DNA of 64,000 nucleotides from an uncultured delta proteobacterium (GTDB taxonomy: Bacteria > Desulfobacterota > Binatia > JACPRU01), in contig CAWBOU010000047.1 of assembly GCA_963790365.1 (NCBI GenBank), positions 71,429-135,428 of the forward strand, given 5' to 3'. The notes beneath the pieces are model-generated. The model saw only the letters and a program-made list of their open reading frames with translations. It had not been told where the DNA came from and did not search any database. Position numbers and translations under genes: made by a program. Position 1 is the stretch's first letter. Each line of letters opens with the position of its first letter. Shown here in pieces: positions 37,619-46,462 of the stretch.

Positions 37619-37857
37619 AGATTCTTGTCCTCGACCGCAACGGCGAGATCGACGGGTCCTGTCGCTCCGCAGCCCATCGGGTGCTCACGACGTCACTCGG
37701 GAGCGTTCGCAAGCAGGCGGCGCGGCGTCGCCTTGCGTATGGTGGCAGTGCTTTGCGCTCGGCGGCAGATTCGTCCACGTCGCTGGGCGCCCAACGGGCG
37801 CCCGCTGCGCGCCACCCGTCGCTCTCACGGCCGGTCGTGATCGCCGAGCGCCTCTTT

Positions 37858-37912
37858 CACCTCTCCCCTTTGGGGAGAGACGGCAAAGCCGTCGGGTGAG
37901 GGGGAGACCACC
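37858..37912. repeat. REP-like element, family A
   Basis: CACCTCTCCCCTTTGGGGAGAGA..GGGTGAGGGGGAG. Inverse of the 57083 copy. Confidence 0.75.
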
Positions 37913-37916
37913 TCGA

Positions 37917-39027
37917 TTACCCCGTATGGCACTCGGCGCACTTCGTCGGGCCGCCGTCCTTCTTATGACAATCGATGCATTGCGTGTGGTACGCGTCCTC
38001 GAAGCTCGGGCAGGCCTTGTTCTTCTTCCCCACCGTCGCGCCGTTGCACTCGTTCGCGGTGTGGCAGCCCGAGGAAGAGCACGAGTACGAGGGCACCGCC
38101 CCGCCCTTCGCCTTCACCGGGTGATGACACGTCTCGCACTTGATCGAGTAGTCTTCCCAATGCGCCTTGTGCGTGAACGGCGTGGCCGGCCGCTTCTTCG
38201 CGGTGCCGGCGATCGGCTCGAGGTTCACGTTGTCGGGCCCGTTGCCGGCCGGCTTCTTCGCCGGTGCCGCCTTCGGCTGCGGCGGCCGGCTTCGCGGCGG
38301 GCGCCTTCGTGCCGCCCTCCGCGGCCGGTGCCTTCGCAACTTCCGTCTTCTTGTCGGCGGGAGCGGCCTTGGCCGGCGCCGGCTTCGCCGCGGGATCCGC
38401 GAGCCGCGCGGTCTCGACCCAGCCCTCGATCGCGCCGCCGTCGATCACCTGCGTGCGGACGCGCGACCAACCCTCGCGATCCTCCAGCACCTCGACGTCG
38501 GTGCGGCCCTGGAACTCGCCGAGCACCGCGCCACTCGGCGACGAGGCGAGCTCGGTGCCGCGCGCGGCGACCGCGCGGCGTGCGAGCCGGATCGGCGTCG
38601 GCTCGGCGACGGGCGCGGGCTTGTCGGCGACCGCGGCGGGCGGCTCCGGCTTCGGCTCGTCGACCACGACGGTCTTGCCTGCGGCCTCGTCCTTCGGCTC
38701 GGCGGCCGGCGCCGCCGGCTCGGTCTTCGGCGGCGCCGCCTTGGCGACTTCCTTCGGCGCCGCTTTCCCGTCGGCGCTTTCCTTCGCCGCGGCGCTCTCC
38801 TTTGCCTCGTCCTTGGCAGCCGAGTCTTTCGCCGGCTTCTCCTTGCCGGGCTTCGGCGTGTGCGCCGAGAGCGCGGCGCCGACCCGCGTCGCGGCCTTCG
38901 GCGTCTTCAGCCGAGTTTCGACGATCGGCGTGCGCCCCGCCGCGCCGCTTTCCTGGTCGCGCCCGCACGCAACCAGCACGAGAAGCGCAAGCCCGACCGA
39001 AACACCCGCTCGTCGAAGGCCGCTCAT
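37917..39027 (-). pseudogene. lipoprotein: bacterial SH3-like domain + Ala/Pro/Lys linker + tetrahaem cytochrome c3-like domain (one frame change near 38285)
   Basis: ATG 39027 after GGGAGAG (ATGA overlap with the upstream stop). [21 protein letters not shown] lipobox; ..LGEFQGRTDVEVLEDREGWSRVRT..GWVETARL. After the shift: FTHKAHWEDYSIKCETCHH, CSSSGCH, CIDCH, CAECH. Confidence 0.75.
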
Positions 39028-42000
39028 TCGCTCTCCCGCAGGCGAACGCCGGGCGCTTCGCGGAGCCTCACGCCCGGCCCCTCGCGCAGCTTGATGCCGG
39101 GCGCCTCGCGGAGCTTGATCCCGGGCTGCTCGATCACCGGCTGGCCGCGACGAACGCGCTCGACGCCTTCCGGCGGCGGCGCGGCCTCCGCGGCGACCGT
39201 CTGGAACGTGAGCTCCTTGCCGTCGTCGGGCGCGAAGTCCGTGACGGTGTAGAGCTCGCCGTTGCGCACGTAGAGCCGTCGCATCTCGTCCGCCGTGAAC
39301 GGGCGGCCGCCGCGGCGGCCGAAGACGGCGACCTGGTTGCCGGTCTCGTCGACCGCGCGATCGCGGTCGAGGCCCTTCGAGAGCGCGATCGCCGGGCCGT
39401 GCGTCGGGAACGATGGCGATCAAGTGCGGCTGCGGCCTCGGGCTGAAGCCGAAGTGCCCGGAGCTTCCCGTCGGCGACGTGAGCTGCAGCACGCGGAGGC
39501 CGTTCTTGCCGTCCGCGACGTAGGCGAAGAGGCTCGCGTTCGTCATGCCGACTGCGGACGCGCGCGCGTCGTTCATCTCGCCGCCCGCGTCGAACGTCTC
39601 GACGAGCTTCGGCGTCATCGGCTTCTCGACGTCGACGATCGCGATGCCCTGCGCGCCCGCTGCGACGTACGCGTACGTGCGCGCCACGTAGACGTCGTTC
39701 GCCGCGGCGATCGGCACCTTCGCGTCGGGCACAACGACCGGTTTGTCATGCTCGGTGATGTCGAGGACCTTGAGGCCCTCGGCGTCGGCGACGAACGCGT
39801 AGCGGAACTGGCGATCGATCGCCCGCGGCTTGACGATCGCGGGCGCGCCGATCTCGGCGGTCACGCGGGGATGGAGCGGATCGTCGAGGTCGACGACGAC
39901 GAGCCCGCGGTCGCAGAGCACGTAGGCGTACGTGCCGGTGATCGCGACGTTGCCGCGCCGTCGAGGACGCCGCCCGGGTTGAACGTCAGCGGCGCGCTCG
40001 AGGAAGTTGTTCGCGGGATTGCCGTCGAGCAGCGTCGCGGCGTGCACGAGGATCAAGCCCTCCTCGCGGTCGGTCACGTAGAGGTAGCGCGTAGAGCGGA
40101 TGGATCGGCTGCTCCTCGTTCTCGGCGAGCCGGTCCGCGCGGGATCGACCGCGAGCGTCGCCGGCGCCGCGACCGAGGTCGCGTCCTTCGTCTTCACGTA
40201 GAGGCGCTGCCCGAGCGGCGAGACGGGCGCCGTGGTGATGCGCTCCGAGAACGCCCTTGTTGTCGATGTTGGCGACGTCGTAGACGCGAAGGCCGCCCGG
40301 CCCGTTCGCCGCGTAGAGGTACTCGCCGCGCAGCTGCAGGCTCTGCACCTCGTCACCGCGGCCGCACAGCCAGGAGACTCGAGGATGTCGTTGCCGGGGT
40401 GCTCGATGACCTCGTCGAGCTCGCGATCGCGCTCGACGTGGCGGCGGTATCGCATCGGGATAGGCGAGCGGTGGAGCTGGCTGCCGATCACCGCCTGCGG
40501 CTCGTCGCCCTCGGTGACCGCCACCGCCTCGAGCCCTTCGTCCTCCGAGCCCGACGTACGCGAAGCGGCCGAAGAAGTTCACGAAGCTGCGTGCCGTGGA
40601 GCAGCAGCTGCGCCATCCACGCGTTGTTGTCGCCTCGGTCGGAGACGTGGCAGTCCGTGCAGACCTTCGTCTCCGTGCGCGCGCACGGTGTGCGGCACGT
40701 GCGTGTTGAACGCCTGGCCGGTGAAGCCCTCCGCGGAGATCGTCTGCTGCTGCGAGTAGAACCACTCGCGGTTCTGCGTTCTGCGAGCTCACGAGCACGC
40801 GCGCTCGACGAGCGCACCGGCGAGATCCGGCTGCCCGCGGCGGTGCCGTCGCTGCCGAGCATGAAGACGTCGTCGCGCAGCACCTGGAAGTTGTAGCCGG
40901 TCCAGTTGCGGAGCTTCTCGCCCTCGTTGTGGAGAGTTCGTGCGGCGGTTCGCCTGCTGCGAGCAGATGGCAGCCGAAGCAGCTCGTCATCCACGAGGTG
41001 TGGCACGTGAAGCAGGTCATCTTGTCGTCGCCGTGCGCGAGCGCGCTCGCGTCGTCCGGCACGTCGCCCCACGTCTTGCCGTCTCTGCGGATGGTCTTCG
41101 CGAGGCGCGAGGCCTCGTTGTAGTGCGCGCTCGCGGGATCCACGGTGTCGCGCGTCTGCACGACTTCCCACTCGACGTTCGGCGTCACCGCCGAGCGCTG
41201 GAAGAGCTTGGCGCCCTTCTTGAAGAACGCGCTCGCCGAACGCCGTGCGGTTGTACTTCTTCAGCGGATTTCCGCCCGCGGGCCCGCGGGTCTTCCAGTC
41301 GCGCGCCGTCGGATCGGCGAGCGCGGAGATCGAGCCGTGGCAGTCGATGCACTGGATCTCGATCGCGTTCCGCACCTCGCCGTAGAGCTTGCCGTCGCCG
41401 TGCGCGTCCTGCTCGAAGTGGCAGTCGACGCAGTGCATCCCCTTCTCGAGGTGGATGTCCTTGAGATGCACGGCCTTCTTGAAGCGCTCGGGATCGTCCC
41501 ACGGGATCGTCTTGCCGCGCGCGTCGAGCAGGTTGCCCTTGCGATCCTGCTTGTAGACGTTCCGGAAGATCCAGCCGTGGCCGTGGAAGTCGGCGAACTG
41601 CGTCTTCGTGAGCTTCGGGTTCAGATCCGTCAGGTTCGCGAGGAACTCCGGCGTCGGACCAAGGCCGCGGAGCGCCGCGCGGCCTCGGGTTCGCCGTCTC
41701 GAGCGTCGACGCTGCTCGCTCGCGGCGAGCGCCTCTTCGGCTCGCGCTGATACGAAGCGCTCGCCGTCGGTCTCGTTGTCCCACCAGGTCGTGCCGTAAT
41801 ACGTGTTCACGACGTTCGTGCCCGGATGCATGTGGCAGACGACGCACTGGCTCGACGGGATCGCGCTCGTGAACTGTGCCGGATCGGGTGGCCGGGCTCG
41901 TCCTTCGGGATCGTCGGGTCGACCGTCGCCGTCTGGCCGCGGTTGCCGAACTGGGCCCACGGGCCGGAGTGCACCGGGTCGCGATCGTTCGCGTAGACGA

Positions 42001-42956
42001 CGTGGCAGCCGGTGCAGCCGCTCGAGCGGTAGTCGCCGGGGTGATCGTTCGTGCCGAGCATGTGGAGGATCGGGTCGAGCAGACGCGTCTTCTGCAGGCC
42101 GAAGAAGACCGGGTCCGTGCGATTCGCCGTGCCGAGGCCGCGCTGGCTGAGTCGCCGCTCGGGCGCCCCGGAGGATCCGGCTCGAGCACGTTGATGTTGC
42201 CGATCTCGAGGGCTTCCGCCCGCCGCGCTCGAAGAAGCGGAGGATGTTGCCGGGCTGGCTGATCTCCCACCGCGCGAGCGGCGCGAGGAACGGCAGGATC
42301 CCGCGCTTTTTCGTCGCCTCCGCGTCGGGCGCATCTTTGGCGACGAGCGCCTGCGGCTTGCCGTCGCGGCCGTAGCTCTCGCCGAAGCGCGGGTCCTTCA
42401 CCGGGATCGAGCCGTTGTTGTAGAGCGCCGCGCCCCAGAGGCTCGCCCCGTGGGTCATCATGCTCGTCTTCACGCGCGCGACCTGATCCGCGTGACATCC
42501 GTCGAGCCCGCACGTGCGGTCCGCGACGCGGAGATCCCCGGGGTTCATGAACTGTACGAACTCGGGGCTCTCCTTCAGGAACGCCGCGTTCGAGCGGACG
42601 GGGTTCGCGCTCGTCTTGAAGACGTCCGCCTGAAGCGGCGCGACGTGGGCGGTCTCCTTGTCCTTGGCGCCGATGGTCCCCCCGTGACAGTCGACGCACG
42701 CGAGCGGGATGTCCGCCTCGTGCATCGACGCCGAGTCCGTCGAGGTGTGACAGGAGACGCAGCCCTCGTTCTTGCGCGTGACGTCGTCCGACGATTGGCT
42801 CATCAGGTCGACGGTCGGCGCCTTCGCGGTCTCCGCCGCGGCGGGGGTGTCCGCGCTCGCAGGCTCCGGCGCCTCGTCGGCGGTCGTCGCCACCGGCGCG
42901 ACGATCAGAAAGAGCGCGAGGAGAGTGCGCGACAGGGGGAAAGTTCTTCTTACCAC
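39024..42956 (-). pseudogene. about 1300-codon multihaem cytochrome c fused to an LVIVD-repeat beta-propeller, read through at least a dozen frame changes (or assembly indels)
   Basis: Signal MVRRTFPLSRTLLALFLIVAPVA. Haem sites CVSCH, CVDCH, CGLDGCH, CTGCH, CVVCH, CVDCH, CIDCH, CFTCH, CFGCH, CTDCH. Then, with no stop, GEYLYAANGPGGLRVYDV, GTYAYVLCDRGLVVVDLDD, YAFVADAEGLKVLDI, YAYVAAGAQGIAIVDV, FAYVADGKNGLRVLQL. C-terminus has 4x PG(I/V)(K/R)LRE. Confidence 0.7.
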
Positions 42957-44713
42957 GTGAGCGTCACGGCCAAGAAGGTCGAGAACAGCGTCTGGTCGCG
43001 GAGTATCTCGCGAAGCCCCTCGAACGGCGTCAGCGCGGCGGCGCTCGCGACGAGGATCACGTTGTCGATGAGCAGCGGCCGGTACTGGATGCCGATCGAG
43101 TAATCGAGGCCGATGTTCGGATCGATGTCGGCCTGCTCGAGCACGAGCTCGAGCGAGTCGGTTTCCGCAAAGCGGAGATAGTTCACGTTGACGACGGCGC
43201 GGAGCTTCGGCGTGAGCTCCATGTCGAAGCCCACGTTCGAGACGATGACGCCGGGGTTCACGAAGTTCGGCTGGCCCTCGAACTTGCTCGTCCGGAGGCT
43301 CGGCAAGAGCGAGAAGCGTTGGTCGAGCGCGACCGGCGCGCCAGTCAGCGGTAGGCCCTGGCGGTTCCAGTAGCTGAACCCGCCGCCCGCGAACGCGCTG
43401 TTGTCGGAGATCGTGTCGAAGCCGTTCGCATCGTCGTCGAGCGGATCGTCGTCGCCCGAGGCGTAGAGCACCGAGATCTTCGGGCGCAGCCAGTCGCGGT
43501 CGAACGAGAGCTCGAGCGCGGCGAGCTGCGCGTTGATGTCGACCTGGCGGCCGGCGATCGGATTGAAGTCGTCTTCGCCGACGACCCAGTAGAAGGCGTG
43601 ACTGACGTTCAGCCAGCCGACGTGCCCCTCACCCGCCCAGCCGGCGTAGTAGGCGTCGATGTCGTGGAAGCGGACGCTGCCGTCGGGGATGACCGAGCCG
43701 ACGACCGCCGGGCGCACGAGGAACCCGTTCTCGTCGAAGTGCGTCTCATCCGCGTGGTCCGCGTTGTAGTGGAACGAGAACTGGGTGGTGTAGCCGTACC
43801 AGAACGTGTCCTGGCGGTAGAGATTCGCGATGGCCACGTCCTGCTGGCGATCCTCGAACGCGTCGAAGCTGTCGAGGCGGTTCAAGCCGCTGTTCGTGTC
43901 CTTCTCGAGCGGGCGGAAGTACGCGAGGTTGTACTGCCACTGGTTCGCGCCCCAGTTGCCGAAGAGGCGCGCGCCCGCCTGGTTGTCCGCGAAGATGAAG
44001 CCGCGGAAGTCGCTGGTGAAGCCCTGCACGCCGAGGCGCGTCGAGATGAAGTCGTAGTAGTCGTTCAGATCGCCGAGGTGGTACTCGACGAGGGCCTCCT
44101 GGATGCCGACGAAGCCGTCGAATCGCGTGGTGCCCTCGCGCGGATCGATCTCGAGGACGTTCTCCTCGCCCGCGTCGACGTAGCTGATGTTGAAGACCGG
44201 CGTGAAGCGGATCTCCCAGTCGCGCGGCTTGAACGCGGATTGGCCTTTGAAGAACTCGAACGAGGTGACGAAGTTCTGGTTGAAGACGAGGATCTCACTC
44301 TGACCGAAGAAGTCGTCGCGATCCGCCTCGGCCGCCGGAATGCCGCTCGGCTTCGGAATCCGCGACGCCTCGAAGAGCGTGTCGGAGACGCCGGTGAACG
44401 CGAGGAAGATGTCCTGCCCGAGGATCGGGTAGTCACCCTTCGCCACGTTCTGGTTGTACGGGTCGTACCAGCGGCCCTCGACCAAGGGATGCTCGCCCGG
44501 CGTCGACTCGTAGCGCTGCCAGCGCGGGAAACCGATGCGCCATCGGTCGGGCAGCGGCAGGAAGTCGTCGTCCGTCGCGCTCTGCATGCGCCGCGGGCGG
44601 CCGGCGGCGCCGAGCGTCTGGCCGAAGTCGGGGCCGGCCTCTTGCGCGGCCGCGACGAGCGGCGACGAGAGGCACGCGAGAAGCACGGACACTGCCGTCC
44701 TTCGAGCATTCAT
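42950..44713 (-). CDS. outer-membrane beta-barrel (porin-like) protein
   Basis: Signal MNARRTAVSVLLACLSSPLVAAAQ; alternating beta-strand-like composition rich in Y/F/W/G/N/D; terminal ..FLAVTLTW (aromatic C-terminus). Overlaps the cytochrome start by 7 nt. Confidence 0.75.
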   Translation of the reverse strand: MNARRTAVSVLLACLSSPLVAAAQEAGPDFGQTLGAAGRPRRMQSATDDDFLPLPDRWRIGFPRWQRYESTPGEHPLVEGRWYDPYNQNVAKGDYPILGQDIFLAFTGVSDTLFEASRIPKPSGIPAAEADRDDFFGQSEILVFNQNFVTSFEFFKGQSAFKPRDWEIRFTPVFNISYVDAGEENVLEIDPREGTTRFDGFVGIQEALVEYHLGDLNDYYDFISTRLGVQGFTSDFRGFIFADNQAGARLFGNWGANQWQYNLAYFRPLEKDTNSGLNRLDSFDAFEDRQQDVAIANLYRQDTFWYGYTTQFSFHYNADHADETHFDENGFLVRPAVVGSVIPDGSVRFHDIDAYYAGWAGEGHVGWLNVSHAFYWVVGEDDFNPIAGRQVDINAQLAALELSFDRDWLRPKISVLYASGDDDPLDDDANGFDTISDNSAFAGGGFSYWNRQGLPLTGAPVALDQRFSLLPSLRTSKFEGQPNFVNPGVIVSNVGFDMELTPKLRAVVNVNYLRFAETDSLELVLEQADIDPNIGLDYSIGIQYRPLLIDNVILVASAAALTPFEGLREILRDQTLFSTFLAVTLTW

Positions 44714-44715
44714 TT

Positions 44716-46302
44716 CTATCGTTCCGGTTGGCGGTTGAACTTCAGGTACGGAATCCGTTCTCCGGCGAAGAAGAAGTTGTCGATGCGGATCGCGTCGGGC
44801 GGCTCGAAGCCTTCGGCACCCTCGGCGGCGATCACGTCGTTGTTCTCGACGCCGTCGCCCGAGACGCCGAGCCCGCCGATCAGGTTGCCGGCGCCGTCGT
44901 AGAGCGGCACGGCGCCCGGGAAGAACGTGAGGCCGTTCTGCCGTCCGGGCACCGGCGGCGCGTTGCCGAGGCGCGTCGCCTGCTCGGGACGCTGGTTCTG
45001 CAGCGCGAGGTTGAAGAGCGGGCCGGGCGCGGTGCCGTCGATGCCCGGCGGGAAGACCGGCTGCGAGAGGAAGCCGAGCGCGGTCGTCGTGGTCGCCGTA
45101 CCGTTCGGGACGCCGGGGATCGCGTCCTGCGGCGCGGGCCCTTCCGGCCGGCTGTAGTAAACCACGGAGCGCGCCTTCGCAGGCACGACGTCGACCGCGT
45201 CCGTCAGGCAGTCCTCCATCCGGAAGTGGCCGAGGATGAGGCCATCGAGATCCGTGATCGTGATGATCACGACGGCGGTCGTGCCGCCGGGCAGACGGAC
45301 CGCCGCGCGCGTGCGGTTCGAGCTCGCCACCGCCTGCTGAACGATGCGATCGACCGCTTCCGCGGGGAAATTGCCGCGAGGGCTGCTGCGCGGCCCGATC
45401 AGATAGCCGAACGGATCGACGTTGCCGTCACGCGGCGCGACCGTGATCGCGCCCGAGCCGTCGCCGGGCGGCGCACCCGCTGGACGGTCGAACGTCGCGA
45501 CGAACGGCAGGCGGATGCCGAACAGCACGACCGCGCCCTCCGGCGGAATGTCCACGGGAAAGCGGAAGCCGGCCGAGCCGGAGAACGCGGCGAACTCGCT
45601 CGCGTCGAAGGACAGGCTCGGCGCGTAGGCACCGACGCCGCCGACGAGCCGGCCGTTCTTGTAGAGCGGCACCGCGCCCGGGAGCAGCGTGATGCCCGGG
45701 CTCGGGAAGCTGCCGTCGATGTTCGTCGAGCGCGGATATGCCTGTCCGGGATTGAAGCTCGTGTCCCCCGTCTCGATCGGCGCGCCGCGGTTCGTCGCGT
45801 TGATCTGCCAGAGCGGCCCTTGGTCGGTCCCGGGAACCCCGGAGGTCGTGAGCTGCGGCGCGATCACCGTCGGGCCGCAGCTGCCGCCGCTCGACGGACA
45901 GACGGACGGGAGCAGCGGCGCCGAGAACGTCGGCGGGAAGTGGAAGGCGCCGAGGAACTGCACGGTGCGCGAGCTGAGCGGCGCCTGGCTGTTCGAGAAG
46001 AACGAGGTCGTGCGGGCGAGGCTGACGGCGATGTTCTGCACGTCGCGGCCCGCGCCGGGATAGGCGAAGACGCCGAGGATCGAGCCCTGGCGGTCCGTCA
46101 CGGCGAGCGCCAGGTCGCTCGCGGCGACCGCCGCCGCGCCCTGCTGGAGGACCTGCGAGACGTCGCCGGCGGTGAGCGGCGTGACCGGGCCGAACGTGGG
46201 CGTTTCGAGATCGCTCCCGCTGCCGCCGCAGCCGATCGCGATCGCCGCGACGAGAACCGCGAATCGTCGCGAAGTGCGCCCCAGGATCGCCGGCTCCCCC
46301 AT
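44716..46302 (-). CDS. lipoprotein with two GlcG/HbpS-like (DUF336) domains
   Basis: ATG 46302 after GGAGGAGG. MGEPAILGRTSRRFAVLVAAIAIGC lipobox. Two copies of (LA)VTD..G.ILG.. and PGAVPLY..G.L(V/I)GG(V/L)G(A/V); the second is PGAVPLYDGAGNLIGGLGVSGDGVENNDVIAAEGA. Confidence 0.75.
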   Translation of the reverse strand: MGEPAILGRTSRRFAVLVAAIAIGCGGSGSDLETPTFGPVTPLTAGDVSQVLQQGAAAVAASDLALAVTDRQGSILGVFAYPGAGRDVQNIAVSLARTTSFFSNSQAPLSSRTVQFLGAFHFPPTFSAPLLPSVCPSSGGSCGPTVIAPQLTTSGVPGTDQGPLWQINATNRGAPIETGDTSFNPGQAYPRSTNIDGSFPSPGITLLPGAVPLYKNGRLVGGVGAYAPSLSFDASEFAAFSGSAGFRFPVDIPPEGAVVLFGIRLPFVATFDRPAGAPPGDGSGAITVAPRDGNVDPFGYLIGPRSSPRGNFPAEAVDRIVQQAVASSNRTRAAVRLPGGTTAVVIITITDLDGLILGHFRMEDCLTDAVDVVPAKARSVVYYSRPEGPAPQDAIPGVPNGTATTTTALGFLSQPVFPPGIDGTAPGPLFNLALQNQRPEQATRLGNAPPVPGRQNGLTFFPGAVPLYDGAGNLIGGLGVSGDGVENNDVIAAEGAEGFEPPDAIRIDNFFFAGERIPYLKFNRQPER

Positions 46303-46366
46303 GTCCTCCTCCCCGATGCGGCGGGTAACACGCCCGCTCACGCACGGTCAACGAGAGTCAAACGAG

Positions 46367-46450
46367 AGGGGACGTTGCGCTCTTGTTGTCCTTTTCGCCG
46401 CTTCTCCAACGGGCGTCCCGGAAAAGGACAACAAGAGCGCAACGTCCCCT
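46367..46450. repeat. 30-bp perfect inverted repeat (large hairpin) between the FHA-cytochrome gene and the DUF336 gene
   Basis: AGGGGACGTTGCGCTCTTGTTGTCCTTTTC (46367-46396) is the exact reverse complement of GAAAAGGACAACAAGAGCGCAACGTCCCCT (46421-50); 24-nt loop. Confidence 0.9.
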
Positions 46451-46462
46451 TCACTCTTTCCG

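Noticed and set aside
37390-37677. Minus-strand ORF with a propeller-like fragment (GPVDLAVAVEDKNLYRVATTGG) in the DMT 3' end and the following intergenic region
   Set aside because: Most of it overlaps the well-supported EamA transporter gene in antisense. Only about 20 residues look protein-like and no start context is evident. At most it is a gene remnant.
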